DNA of 63,942 bases, filler included. It is 4 parts of 4 records of this genome, joined end to end, with 100 filler letters (N's around TTAATTAATTAA, not from the genome) between each part and the next. Parts side by side here need not be neighbours in the genome. Positions count along the whole stretch, not along the records: positions 1 to 26,609 come from SRR20825019_679; 3 more parts are not named here. One strand, given 5' to 3'. This document shows positions 10,807 through 21,525 of the stretch, piece by piece. The position numbers and the translations under genes are program-made. The notes below the pieces were generated by a model, which was not told the DNA's origin, did not search any database, and worked only from the letters and a program-made list of their open reading frames with translations. Positions within the stretch are counted from its first letter, which is position 1; every line of letters begins with the position of its first letter.

Positions 10807-13800
10807 TTAGTCCATGATGGCGGTGATGACAGTACTGGGCTGCTTGGCATTTATGATGTCTTTGCGTTGAGGAGGGAGGTGTTCGAGGTTGAACAGGCTC
10901 ATATACACAGGAACATGAACAGTAGTAGTAGTAGTAGCAGTAGTAGCAATGTCTCTACCTGTTGGAGGGGAGGCCACCGTAATGGGAAGTGTAAGGGTAA
11001 TGTTGCAGGCTGGTAGGTTGGGTGGGGCTTGGTTGGTCGAAGTTGTAGAAGCGTTGCCACTCTCGTGGTTGGGGACAGGTACGACCTCTTCCCCTCCCAG
11101 ACGACTAACATTGCTGTTGGGGGGAAGTTGAACAACGATGGTCGATATGTGTGACGAGTTGCCATGAATGACACCTGCATCGTTACACGCCAGATCGTAA
11201 TCCCGACGATGAACCCACCCTGAATACACAAGAGGAGGATGCCCTGCTGCCGGGGAGGAGGTGCCGACGGTGGAGAAGTGAGCAACCTGCCACACCTGGG
11301 AGTTCCAAGCCCCATGCTGTGCGCGGTAGGTCGTGAGTTGCCCTAATACGGTCGGTGGTAGTTCATTACCTAGAAGTCTTTCGGAGCCGAGAAGCTGGAC
11401 AGGAATCCACTCATCCTTTCCAACTACTACTGGGACTCCACCATCCAGAAGACATCGTGAGGCTGGTGGTTGCGGACGACCCTGAAGAGCAACACCACCC
11501 CCATCGCCATCACCAGAAATAACTATGGTGTTTGCATCTGGGGATGCGGGGTAGTTTGTGGGCGTGATACATGAATGGTTGAGGATGTCCAACACCATGG
11601 TCGATTCACTGCCAGATGGATGGTTATGATCGTTGCTGCGTGTTGCACACAGGAGGGCAGAGTACACCCTCTTCCCATCAGAACAGCGATTGAAGGAAAG
11701 CATATCGACGAAGCCTTCGGGGAACTTGTTGTTGTTGGAAGTGGTTGTAGGCTTGAAAGATCGCTGTTGTACCGATGATGAGGGGGTGCCTGCTCCTTCT
11801 GACTTGATACTGACATCAGTAGGTGTGGGAGTGGTGTTGGGATTGGATAGGCGCTTAACGGTGGTGGAGAAGACGTCCATTAATACAACTTCGAGTGAGT
11901 CGGGAAGGAAAGGGAACTTCTGCTGCTTTGGGGGAGTGGTAGTGGCGGTTGTGGGGGTGTTGGTTGCAGATAGAATGCTTACGACCTGTAGGGCATCCGC
12001 CTTGGCCACCTCGTTGAGAACCCACATCGATACGTCCCTATCCTTCTCTATATCTATAGGGGAACTTGAAGATACATCAGATGTTGTGGCACCTACAGGA
12101 TTCTTCTTCCTCGCACCACTAATGGAAACCATAGTAGCCTTGGGGCCACTAGTTGTAGTAGTAGGTGGTGATGTCAATCTCTCTTCTTTGCCGAGGGGGG
12201 TGCCAAGTCGATTCGCCGTCTCCAAGGCGAGCAGAGTACTGTTCATTACAGTGGATGCCACTAGGCTGTCAATTCCATCATAGTTCCACAGACTAGTTGT
12301 TGGTGGTGTGGCCGTGGAGTCGGTAATTGTGGTGGTGGTGGACTTGGCACGTTTCGACTTGGTGGACGATGATTGGGAGTCGCCGAAAAAGTACTTTTTG
12401 AGATACGTATGCAACGCCACAATGACCGCCAAACCACCAATAGTAGCAGGGTCGTCGGTTAGCTGTAGTCCCAGTGCTTCCATCTCCTCCTCCGTTAGCC
12501 AGTAGTTATGAAGGGGGAACGTGCCGTGGTGGTGGTGTCCATGGTGGGCTGGGGTGGCTGTAGAGGATGGATGGGCTAATGGAACGTACGTTAGGTCGGC
12601 ATACTGTGACAACAGAACAGAAGCAAGGGGCGACATGTTGTTGATGCTGTTGTTCTGGAAGTAGTGTCGTTCAACATCATCTCTACCTATGGACGTGAAT
12701 CCAATGTGGGAATATGGGGAGGAAGCTTCTTTACTTTTGTTGGTAGTATCAGCGGCAGCGTTGTCCTGTGCACATACTTGTGCTGTCAACCACGCAGGAG
12801 GCGAATTTGTCGTTGAGGCAGTTGATGGGAGAGATACAAGAGGACGGAGGGTGGTGGTGCTGTTGGTCCCACACTCCTCCACTGTAACAATGTAGTTTTT
12901 CCACCACCTAGCAGCCTCCTCTGCTGTGCATACCAACTCGGGGAATGTATTGGGGTGCAGCAGTAACGCCAAGAGGGCGTGAAGTCGGTGTGCGACGGCG
13001 TTAGCACGGCGAGCATCCGAATCTCCACACGAATTGCTTACACGGGGAAGGTGCTCACCATGCCCATTCTTAAACTTGAAGTAGTAAAAAGGGTCCGCAA
13101 AAATACTGGCTTCATTACCACCCTCCTTTATGGAAGTGAGTATGTCTGAGACATGGTGTGACGATGCGACTTCCTCTCCTGCATCCCCACCAATAGCGTC
13201 GTGGGGACGCACCGAGGGAAGGTGGGGTAGAGGTGCCCAGTATCGGGCCCCTCTGACGGCAGCAATTGCACGATCGCTATCCACACACTGGGATAGATTG
13301 TACAACGGCTCCTTCTTTTCTTCTACAGAGAGTGGGTCACTAGATACTGCTTCATTCTTATTATTCAACCCTCCAAACCAGTTTTTAAGTCGGGCAGTTT
13401 TGGGATTCGACGCAAATTTCCCGCGAGTCTGCACATCAGGGAGGGCAAGAGAGTTCAGAAGCTGTTCGTAGCGAGCATCCTCAGCAGCAGATGCCCCATC
13501 ATCATCGACAGAGGGGGTCGTGTCTGAAGAAGGAGTTGTGGTGGTGGTAGCAGCACAGCGGATCCAAGACCCGTCCAGAGGGATATGGACTATGCCCCTG
13601 GCTCCTCGCTTCAGGCTCAGACCCTTGGCTAAAAGCTCCTTTTGAGTTCCCCAGTAACAGCTCATTTTTACAGGAACATACTTTGTTGGCTTTGTTGTTA
13701 TTGCTGCTCTTGTGTCGGAGGGTTGTTGGGGGGTTGTGCTTGTGGGAGGAGGTGTTGTTGTCACGGAGGGAGCGACCTTTTGAAGAAGGGACCAGTCTAC

Positions 13801-15186
13801 TCCAGACCACTGAGGGGTCGTCTCAAAACTGCCCTTAGTTTGATCAAATGCGGAAAGTCGATTAATCTGGGCCTTCGTTTTGATACGGAACATAGCAGTC
13901 ATATCCGAGGAGATGTAGGGAGGGATGGGCTGCCCCGAGACAGTGTAGTGCTGAATATGCAACGGGAGTGGTAGTTTTGGAAACGCCAACGACGAGATCG
14001 ATTCCGACGACTTGGAGGTGGTGTCATTGCCAGTGGATGGGTCTTGTGGGTTGGTAGTAGGAATGGTAGCGAGCACTTCGTCGATAGATGGTCCGAATAC
14101 AGCCCTGGCAACCGATCGGAGATGGGACACCAAAGCCCAGTCTACATCCATGTGCTGCTGCTTCTCACCCGATGATGATGTGTTGGATGTAGTAGCAGTG
14201 GTCTCTACCAATGGGGTAGTAGAAGTTGGTGGTGTCGCAGTAGAAGGATTGACCCCTCCTGATGATGTCACTGCTCCAAGGTGTTGTGTGTTGAAGAGGA
14301 TTACAATACCGGGTAGGCCCTCATCGGGCCCAACAGCACATCCCCCCGAATGCTGGAGATGGATACTGTCATCGTAGTGGTTAGAGGTGGTACTGCCATC
14401 TACCCCACCGCCACGACGGGCCCTCTCTATCAGCATACTCTCGCGTTCAGCAAGGTCGCTTGGGATGGCGATACCCGCCTTCTTGGCACCATTTCGTGTC
14501 ATCCAGAAGGGTGAGGGAGCAGCGGTATTATTAGAGGGGCGGCGATGTTGGCTTATGAACGCGAGGATGGTTCCGAGAGAGGTGCTGATCTCGGGGGTTA
14601 GCTTAAACTTTGGGAGAGAGGATTGTGGTGGGGTTGTGGTACCGGCTTGCACGTCATACACAACACGCAGCTCACGGGGTTCCAGCTGTGCCAGATGGAA
14701 AATGGCATTCCGAACAGATGTGTACTCTTGAACGGTGTTGAAGCCAAGTGCGCAGGCAGAGAGGGTGGCCTTGAGTGCTCCACGGTAGGGCTCCTTGTTA
14801 GGCCCATATGGCGTGTACCCAAGACTCAGAGCCTCCCACAAACCCTCCATGGTGGCCCGAAGGGGGTTGCTCTCTGCTGACGGGACCTTCTTGGTGTTGG
14901 GCATGGAGGCGGATGCTGTTGGCACGACACGGGTAGCTGCCGATTGATAAGGGCGCTTCTGGTCATATACAGCAGTAGCAGCGGTAAGGGTGTGGGTGGG
15001 AGGAGAGATACAAGTGGCTGATACATTGCTACATGTGTTACTGTTGTAGGTAGTTGTTGCAGAGGGACGCTGGTTGAGGTTGCTACTCATCATGGATGTC
15101 GACGGAGTGGTGGTGGCAGCCATCAGTTTTGTGAAGGTTGTTGTTGCCACCATTGCATGGGGCTGCATCCCAGGAAGGCGCGACAT
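10807..15186 (-). CDS. Large protein with several Tc38/RBP38 (ArdC-N-related) ssDNA-binding-like repeats
   Basis: Repeated motif sets: HYTVSGQPI / YWGTQKELLAKGLSLKRG / LYNLSQC; FWMTRNGAKKAGIAI / LFNTQHL; YWLTEEEMEALGLQL; NSQVW / LFNLEHL. First ATG after the polypyrimidine tract is 15186; the ORF-track TTG start lies upstream of the tract and its extension runs through it. Confidence 0.65.
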   Translation of the reverse strand: MSRLPGMQPHAMVATTTFTKLMAATTTPSTSMMSSNLNQRPSATTTYNSNTCSNVSATCISPPTHTLTAATAVYDQKRPYQSAATRVVPTASASMPNTKKVPSAESNPLRATMEGLWEALSLGYTPYGPNKEPYRGALKATLSACALGFNTVQEYTSVRNAIFHLAQLEPRELRVVYDVQAGTTTPPQSSLPKFKLTPEISTSLGTILAFISQHRRPSNNTAAPSPFWMTRNGAKKAGIAIPSDLAERESMLIERARRGGGVDGSTTSNHYDDSIHLQHSGGCAVGPDEGLPGIVILFNTQHLGAVTSSGGVNPSTATPPTSTTPLVETTATTSNTSSSGEKQQHMDVDWALVSHLRSVARAVFGPSIDEVLATIPTTNPQDPSTGNDTTSKSSESISSLAFPKLPLPLHIQHYTVSGQPIPPYISSDMTAMFRIKTKAQINRLSAFDQTKGSFETTPQWSGVDWSLLQKVAPSVTTTPPPTSTTPQQPSDTRAAITTKPTKYVPVKMSCYWGTQKELLAKGLSLKRGARGIVHIPLDGSWIRCAATTTTTPSSDTTPSVDDDGASAAEDARYEQLLNSLALPDVQTRGKFASNPKTARLKNWFGGLNNKNEAVSSDPLSVEEKKEPLYNLSQCVDSDRAIAAVRGARYWAPLPHLPSVRPHDAIGGDAGEEVASSHHVSDILTSIKEGGNEASIFADPFYYFKFKNGHGEHLPRVSNSCGDSDARRANAVAHRLHALLALLLHPNTFPELVCTAEEAARWWKNYIVTVEECGTNSTTTLRPLVSLPSTASTTNSPPAWLTAQVCAQDNAAADTTNKSKEASSPYSHIGFTSIGRDDVERHYFQNNSINNMSPLASVLLSQYADLTYVPLAHPSSTATPAHHGHHHHGTFPLHNYWLTEEEMEALGLQLTDDPATIGGLAVIVALHTYLKKYFFGDSQSSSTKSKRAKSTTTTITDSTATPPTTSLWNYDGIDSLVASTVMNSTLLALETANRLGTPLGKEERLTSPPTTTTSGPKATMVSISGARKKNPVGATTSDVSSSSPIDIEKDRDVSMWVLNEVAKADALQVVSILSATNTPTTATTTPPKQQKFPFLPDSLEVVLMDVFSTTVKRLSNPNTTPTPTDVSIKSEGAGTPSSSVQQRSFKPTTTSNNNKFPEGFVDMLSFNRCSDGKRVYSALLCATRSNDHNHPSGSESTMVLDILNHSCITPTNYPASPDANTIVISGDGDGGGVALQGRPQPPASRCLLDGGVPVVVGKDEWIPVQLLGSERLLGNELPPTVLGQLTTYRAQHGAWNSQVWQVAHFSTVGTSSPAAGHPPLVYSGWVHRRDYDLACNDAGVIHGNSSHISTIVVQLPPNSNVSRLGGEEVVPVPNHESGNASTTSTNQAPPNLPACNITLTLPITVASPPTGRDIATTATTTTTVHVPVYMSLFNLEHLPPQRKDIINAKQPSTVITAIMD

Positions 15187-15225
15187 GAAGATGGATTCGG
15201 TGGGTTCCCTCTCTAGATTTATAGG

Positions 15226-15269
15226 CTTAAAAAGAAAATGAGAAGACGAAAATGAGAAGAAGAAAAGTG
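15226..15269 (-). promoter_or_regulatory. Polypyrimidine tract and AG, putative trans-splice acceptor region
   Basis: Minus strand reads CACTTTTCTTCTTCTCATTTTCGTCTTCTCATTTTCTTTTTAAG, about 40 nt upstream of ATG 15186. Similar tracts lie in other spacers (e.g. ~4400-4420, ~10550-10590, ~21570-21600). Confidence 0.6.
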
Positions 15270-15388
15270 AGATTAGTTCTTTAGAACACCGCAACAAAAA
15301 TCATCAAATTAAACATTCATTTTCAAAAGCGATTGTAAAACACATCACATAGTGTATGTTTGCTTGGGACGTAAAGTAGGGGGCGACT

Positions 15389-17335
15389 TCAAAAATCAAA
15401 GAGGGCATTCAGTTCATCTGCCTCCTCATCGCCCCCTGTATTGTTGTTTTGGCGCGAGGGCAACACAGCTTCAAACCCACAACCTTCACACAGCTTACCC
15501 CCTAGTATTGGTACGCCACTCAGCGGCTCCACGTCCACTTCCTTCAGTTGTCTACATCCTTTCAAAAATCCCTCATGCACCACAACAACTCGACCTCGAA
15601 GGGATGTGAGGTCAATGGACGTAATTCCAGAGCCACTCAGAAAGTTGGCAGGAATGGCGGTGAGTTTGGAAAGCGGTGCGAGATCGATGGACGTCAAGGA
15701 TACACATCCCTCCAAAAAGTTGGAGTTTATGTGATTCACTAAAGATAGACCACAGAGATTGATCGTAGATAACTGGACACAATTGGAAAGAAATCCTCGC
15801 CCAATACGCTTCACCTTTGTAAAGGGTCTACAGTCAAGATGGGATAGCGATGAGCACGACGCCATGAAGTTGTCTGAGATGGAGAGGATGTTGGTCAGAG
15901 AGGATGTATCAATGGTTGTCAGACTACTACAGCCCTCCAAGAACCCCGCGAGGATGTCAGAAATATTGGTGAAGGATGAGATATCTAGTGAAACAAGGCT
16001 TCGGCACCCTAGTAGAAATTTTGCGTGTACGACCCGAATCTTCGTCATAGACGAGAAGTCTAAACTTTTTAAATTTTCGCAACCACTCAAAAATTCCGTC
16101 ATTATCACTTCGATGTTACGAAGTGGTGTGAGGTCTAATTGTTCGAGTCCGATGCAGTTTTTCATAAAGCAGCCATCGATAATTCGAAGTCGATACATAG
16201 GCTCAAGATTCACACTTTGAAGTCCACAACAATCTGACAAGAACTTTTCCGGCGATTTCTGAAGACGCCATAAATTGGTGAGATTGATGGTTTTAAGCGA
16301 TATACACTCCTTCAGAAAGGAGCCCAAAACGGCTTCGATTTCCGTCATGTTTACCAATATTTCCGAGTCTTCCAGTGCGGTGCACCCCTCCATAAAGCTC
16401 TCAGGGACACACTGAATATTCCTCCCCATCTCGACCGTGATGATAGAATTCATGCTAGCAGGAGTACAATTGATGGCGGTCGATGTAGAATGGATAATGT
16501 CAGTATGAGTAGTAGTAGTTGTATTCTCATCATCAACTATACTAACTGTAATCGACGAACAACCGATAAGGAAGCTCGAGCCGATCGATGCCACGTTTGT
16601 AAAAGTTGCCATATCGATGGTTGTGAGCTGTGTACAAAATCCCAAGAAAAACCCAGGGATGCTGGTCACATGTGATAGATGTGTGAAGGCAATGGATAGG
16701 ATGTTTGGAAGTCGACTCAGACCCATCAGCACAATTTGAGCTTCAAGGACCTCCTCATTGTAGCTGCGATCCTCCTCCTCTTCCCCATTTACTCCTCTCC
16801 CCTGGGACATAATAATGGAACCACCCCAACGCCTACCATCTATTACTAGCCGATCGATGAGAGGGTATGTCTGGAGGACCTTCCCCATGTTATAATACCG
16901 ACCTGATCGGACTAGACCAGCGATAGACAATGTCAGTGTTGGTACACGTGGTACTACTGTTACTTTAGATTGATTATTGTTGGTAGCAGGGTTGTTGTTG
17001 TTGGGGGTTATTGTAGTAGTAGAGTCACTTCCAGGGGATACATACAGTTGTCGCTGCTGTTTGATGATATCATAGAAGTGGTTATCCATGTCGTGATCGT
17101 TTTCAAATACTGGTTGGTTGTCATCATGATCACTTGGATTCGAGGATTTTGAGGAAGTTGTGTCGATGGTGATTGGAATTCGACATTCGTCGATAAGTTC
17201 TACAAATGTAGAAGCTCCCATTATACCAGCGCTTCGAAGGTAGGCAAAGTGAGCTCCCTTTACCAACAGCCCACCTACCTGCATACACATCAAAGTGTTT
17301 ATATTCATGTTAGTATTATTGTTAATAATATCCAT
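15389..17335 (-). CDS. Leucine-rich repeat protein (BspA/LRR_5-like, 24-aa period)
   Basis: Tandem repeats of the form FLxGCxxLxxIDLxxLxxIxxI across the C-terminal two thirds; no evident signal peptide or TM helix. Confidence 0.88.
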   Translation of the reverse strand: MDIINNNTNMNINTLMCMQVGGLLVKGAHFAYLRSAGIMGASTFVELIDECRIPITIDTTSSKSSNPSDHDDNQPVFENDHDMDNHFYDIIKQQRQLYVSPGSDSTTTITPNNNNPATNNNQSKVTVVPRVPTLTLSIAGLVRSGRYYNMGKVLQTYPLIDRLVIDGRRWGGSIIMSQGRGVNGEEEEDRSYNEEVLEAQIVLMGLSRLPNILSIAFTHLSHVTSIPGFFLGFCTQLTTIDMATFTNVASIGSSFLIGCSSITVSIVDDENTTTTTHTDIIHSTSTAINCTPASMNSIITVEMGRNIQCVPESFMEGCTALEDSEILVNMTEIEAVLGSFLKECISLKTINLTNLWRLQKSPEKFLSDCCGLQSVNLEPMYRLRIIDGCFMKNCIGLEQLDLTPLRNIEVIMTEFLSGCENLKSLDFSSMTKIRVVHAKFLLGCRSLVSLDISSFTNISDILAGFLEGCSSLTTIDTSSLTNILSISDNFMASCSSLSHLDCRPFTKVKRIGRGFLSNCVQLSTINLCGLSLVNHINSNFLEGCVSLTSIDLAPLSKLTAIPANFLSGSGITSIDLTSLRGRVVVVHEGFLKGCRQLKEVDVEPLSGVPILGGKLCEGCGFEAVLPSRQNNNTGGDEEADELNALFDF

Positions 17336-17497
17336 GTGATTATTGTTTTTTGTGTTTTGGGGTTACTTCTGGGAAAAGGACGAAGAAGAGAAGGGTACGA
17401 CAACAGGACATCACAGAAAGATCCATACAAATGGGCGCATTTAAAACATGGGTCAAATTTGAACAGATCAGCTTCTGTGTAAGTAAGTATCCTCCCC

Positions 17498-18484
17498 CTA
17501 GCGGTCCCAGATCCCCCTAGTCATGTTCATAGCCCTGAGCACAGCGGCTGGGAATGGCTTCTTGCGGCTCTCAAGAAACGCAGCCAATGCCTTGAAGCAC
17601 TCGGGAGAAACCCACGCCTTCTCCAAGATCTCGCACTCATGCTTGTTCACATCCTGGAGCATTTTAACCAACTGAGGATTCGCCTTTGTGAACCTCTCTG
17701 TCTTAGGGGAGTTGGCAATTTCGAGAGCTCGGGCCATGAGTCGGTTGGTGCTGGGGTCGACGGGCTCCATGCCCGCCTCGACGAGCTCGGTGAGGTACCC
17801 CATCTTGAGGGCCTCGGTGGCATTGACCTTCTCTCCGTCCTCGAGGAGCCTCTTTGCGTTGGCCGCCCCCATGAGGTGCTCAAACATATAGGAGCTGCAA
17901 CCCTCTGGTGCTTGTCCCAGTGCCTTGAAGGGGGTGTGGAAGGTGGCCTGTGGGATGGAAATACGATGATCTGCGAGTCCAGCGACCGTCATGGGAATAC
18001 CAATGGTTGACCCATTGAAGGCCACTATCAACGGCTTCTGCATCGTGATGAAACTATTCACAAACTTCTCACATACCATCCGACCTTGCGCTGCCATAGT
18101 CCGAGGGTGCATCAACTGAGAGAAATTACCAAGATCGTTACCACTACAGTAAAATGAGCTCGCAAGCTCCTTCTCTGACGATTTGGTGACATTTGGAGGA
18201 GTACCACATAAAATGACAGCCTTGCACTTACTATCAGGCATCAACGAGATGGTATTGTTCAAGGCGATCCACTCCTCGTACATTTGTATGTTAATAGCAT
18301 TCTTCTGCTTTGGGCGGTTCAGAATGACGGCAAGGACAGCAGAGGATGATGGCTCGTATGCAGGGGCCTCAGTGCCGCGACAGAAGAGAAAGTTCTTATA
18401 GGTGGTGCCGTTGAATATGGGCTTGGGCTGTGTGAAGAGGGTATTGGGCTTGACGGACAAGACAATTCGAGATGTCCGCATCAT
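17498..18484 (-). CDS. Crotonase-family enoyl-CoA delta isomerase (ECI2-like), probably mitochondrial
   Basis: LNRPKQKNAI, FYCSGNDLGNF, KPLIVAFNG..IG, FHTPFKALGQAPEGCSSYMF; short MMRTSRIVLS presequence typical of kinetoplastids. Confidence 0.88.
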   Translation of the reverse strand: MMRTSRIVLSVKPNTLFTQPKPIFNGTTYKNFLFCRGTEAPAYEPSSSAVLAVILNRPKQKNAINIQMYEEWIALNNTISLMPDSKCKAVILCGTPPNVTKSSEKELASSFYCSGNDLGNFSQLMHPRTMAAQGRMVCEKFVNSFITMQKPLIVAFNGSTIGIPMTVAGLADHRISIPQATFHTPFKALGQAPEGCSSYMFEHLMGAANAKRLLEDGEKVNATEALKMGYLTELVEAGMEPVDPSTNRLMARALEIANSPKTERFTKANPQLVKMLQDVNKHECEILEKAWVSPECFKALAAFLESRKKPFPAAVLRAMNMTRGIWDR

Positions 18485-18653
18485 GATTTTTTTTGGGGGT
18501 GAGGGTGATAAACTCTATAGTTGTAGAGAGAGGGATATCGATGAAAAAGGCATTCTACAAGATCTGACACAAACAAAATGTACAAGACGATGAGAGTTAA
18601 ATTTCAAGATAAATGTTTACTAATAATATCGAATCCATGTGGCCCTCCCTCTT

Positions 18654-20267
18654 CTATGTACGTATTTTAACTTCCACCTTGGATATGAGGTATTCTTCAT
18701 GGGAGCGCTTATCTAGCTGTTGCTTAAGATCCTCGGCAAGTCGATTCTGTGCCCTCTCGACCACCTCCCGTGAAATACCACCCCCTTCCTCCTTTACCAA
18801 GTTATTGTTGGCAATGAAGATGAGGAGGTCCTCGGAGGTAAGGTCGAGGGAAGATATGGCACCACTACGTATCATCTGGTCAGTGAGGGCCTCACGACGC
18901 TTCTCTGACCGAACTAATGACGACGAAGCAGAAGGCCCGCCATTATTCTCCTTATTTCCGCCATTTTGACGGGTGTGGGCAAGTGCACGGACCGCCTCGA
19001 AGACGCGGACCTTGAGGGCCATATTGAACGACTCTTGGATACGCACTTGTAATATCTGTTCGCTCATAACGTCCTTTCCACGATATGGACGGACCGACAC
19101 CGACACATCAATCTTGCCTAGCTTCGAATCGGCTCCCCCTGCATCGACGATCTTTTGACGGGGCTTGCTCCAGTAGGCCGTTTCAATATCCTCGGCACCT
19201 GCTAGCTTTTCGAACATGTCGGACTTCTCGAGTCGTCCGTGTGTTTGGAAGGCAAGCATGTTCTCCCTCAGCACCTCTCCAAGGGTAGATACGAACCCGA
19301 CACTACGCTCCGACCTGAAGGGGACAATTTTGTACAGGAGGCGATTGTAGCGGTGACGATATTTGGTGTGTTGGTTGGTATGTGGGTCTCGTACTACCAT
19401 CACCTCGTAGTCGGAGGAGTGCCTGAAACATGGCAGCTCTGGCCTCCCACTCAACAAAAACACCGTCGATCCAAAAACGCCCACACGAGAGACATTTCCA
19501 CCTTGCTTACTTTCGTTAATGGCGGCCTCATCTCGACCAAATGTAGAAGAGATGCATTTGTAAGGTTGACTGGCTTGAACTGTATCAAGAATTGTAGAGA
19601 CGAGAGGGAGGTCCCTGATGGCGAAGCGGAACAGGAATCGGCGTTGGAAGTAGGCATAGTCGGTGCCCATGTGATCGAACATCGACACCACCAAATCGTC
19701 CGGCTTAGTGGACAGTTGTACATTTGCGTATGTAACGTAGTGTAAAAAATACCCACTAACACATGCAATAATCAAGCCCAATATCACAATATTTTGGTGC
19801 TTGTCGCCATTGTCGCCCGAGCCCTCGCTTTCGTTATTGTTACCTCCATAGTTACTGTTGGAGGCTTTGGCCGGGGTACGCCATGTCCCCATCATGTTCG
19901 AATCGCCATGACGCTCATGTTTTTCACTCTGATTAAATTGTGAAGATGTTTGATTCATCGACTCGGACAGGGCTCCGAGGGCGATGTATCCTGTCTGACC
20001 GATACCACGGATACGGGCAGTGAGTCTTTCAATTCTACCACTAGGCTGATCAGTTCCGACTTGGTGTTGTGGGGGTTGAGAGGGGGCTCTCCTACGAAGT
20101 GGTGCATTGTCCTGTTCTTCACCACCACCATTACCCCTTGGTTGTGGGGGTGGGGGTAGGGGTGTACAGAGTACCATCCCAGTGCCCGAGAGCAGACGTC
20201 GCTGATGAGACAGTTGCTGGTAGATGGGGCACATACCAACTGTGCGGAGCTGCTGACTTCGCATCAT
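18654..20267 (-). CDS. Hypothetical single-pass membrane protein, probable mitochondrial targeting
   Basis: First ATG 20267 (MMRSQQLR..QRRLLS); one hydrophobic helix NIVILGLIIACVSGYFLHYV. No family recognised. Confidence 0.65.
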   Translation of the reverse strand: MMRSQQLRTVGMCPIYQQLSHQRRLLSGTGMVLCTPLPPPPQPRGNGGGEEQDNAPLRRRAPSQPPQHQVGTDQPSGRIERLTARIRGIGQTGYIALGALSESMNQTSSQFNQSEKHERHGDSNMMGTWRTPAKASNSNYGGNNNESEGSGDNGDKHQNIVILGLIIACVSGYFLHYVTYANVQLSTKPDDLVVSMFDHMGTDYAYFQRRFLFRFAIRDLPLVSTILDTVQASQPYKCISSTFGRDEAAINESKQGGNVSRVGVFGSTVFLLSGRPELPCFRHSSDYEVMVVRDPHTNQHTKYRHRYNRLLYKIVPFRSERSVGFVSTLGEVLRENMLAFQTHGRLEKSDMFEKLAGAEDIETAYWSKPRQKIVDAGGADSKLGKIDVSVSVRPYRGKDVMSEQILQVRIQESFNMALKVRVFEAVRALAHTRQNGGNKENNGGPSASSSLVRSEKRREALTDQMIRSGAISSLDLTSEDLLIFIANNNLVKEEGGGISREVVERAQNRLAEDLKQQLDKRSHEEYLISKVEVKIRT

Positions 20268-20457
20268 TATTTTGATATGTTGGTGCCTATTAATATTGTA
20301 CAAAAAAAAAGAAACAAAAGGAGGGGGTCAATTTGAATAAAACAGCGTATCTTCTAACCAGTTCACACATGCAACACACAAAATTTCAATATTATAAAAT
20401 ATATAGTAAAACCTAACGGCAGTTTAAAAGCACCAGCCTGTGACGACAACAGTGTAA

Positions 20458-21525
20458 CTACTTGTAGCCGTTCTCTGCCTCCAACACTCGCCTTTCCCAT
20501 ACAGCCACCTCATCGGTCAGTGCCCGGGCACGCTCCTCTGTGAGTCGTGCCAACGCGCCACACTGTCGTACAAAATGATGAGATAGGAACTGGTCCTTCT
20601 CATCCGAGGTCATCGAGTTGGGGACCCTAGATTTAGTATGATTCTCTGGCTTCGTCTCCCCCTCACCACCAGCCTCCCCCCCACTAATATCAGGCCTAAA
20701 TGACGCCATATTCCCCCCAAGTGCGGCAAGAATTTCTTTTCGTTTTCGGATGATTTCTAGCTCCTCTTCAGTATCGACGTGCTTTTGTCGAGGAGGTGGG
20801 GCTGATGAGGATGGTCCTCCAATCATGAGGAGTCCACCTCCTGCAGGCTGCGCATCCTTCTCATCCCTCATGCTCTTAAAACCCACAATCCGCAGCAAAT
20901 CACTTCTCGAATTATTATTGGATTGCTCTTCTTCATAGTAGCCCGATTTACTGTCGTTTTTATCCAAGACGTGTCCGTGGGAGTTGGAGGTGGTGAGGCG
21001 TGGTCGTCCATCGATAGTGGTCTCATTTGCTACCCAAACCTTTAAAATATTCCTCGGGCCACCAAATGCCATTCCTGTCATTCCGACCGCAATTTGGGCA
21101 ACTTCAGGGTCCACGAAGACGATGAAAATACGGTGAACCATCTCAATTTCCTCCTTTTCCTCTGGCACTGCTACGATTGTTGGTGCTGGTACTACCTCAA
21201 CTGCGGTGGTATTGGTGGGCGACTCTTCGGTCTTTGATGATGATGGGTCTTCTTCCGCAGCTGCGGTGATTGCTGCTGCCTCTGCTGCAGCTTTAGCAGC
21301 TGCTTCCTTCCTTTCCCTTTCTTCACGAACAAAGATGTTTTGAGCTCGTCGGAGCCGTTTGACGCGTTCCCTAGGATCCTCCTTCGGTACTGATACGGAC
21401 TCCCACGCCTCGACTACACCGCCACATCGTTTCGCGAACATCTCAGCACACTTCTCGTGATCGATTTGGTTGCAACCGTCAATGACAATGGTACGGTGGA
21501 CACGTCCGATGAGATCGATTGGCAT
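20458..21525 (-). CDS. RRM-like RNA-binding protein with charged insertion and C-terminal coiled coil
   Basis: RTIVIDG..CGGVVEAWE..IFIVFVDPEVAQIAVGMTG..LKVWVA matches RRM topology, split by an E/K/A-rich insert. Confidence 0.6.
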   Translation of the reverse strand: MPIDLIGRVHRTIVIDGCNQIDHEKCAEMFAKRCGGVVEAWESVSVPKEDPRERVKRLRRAQNIFVREERERKEAAAKAAAEAAAITAAAEEDPSSSKTEESPTNTTAVEVVPAPTIVAVPEEKEEIEMVHRIFIVFVDPEVAQIAVGMTGMAFGGPRNILKVWVANETTIDGRPRLTTSNSHGHVLDKNDSKSGYYEEEQSNNNSRSDLLRIVGFKSMRDEKDAQPAGGGLLMIGGPSSSAPPPRQKHVDTEEELEIIRKRKEILAALGGNMASFRPDISGGEAGGEGETKPENHTKSRVPNSMTSDEKDQFLSHHFVRQCGALARLTEERARALTDEVAVWERRVLEAENGYK

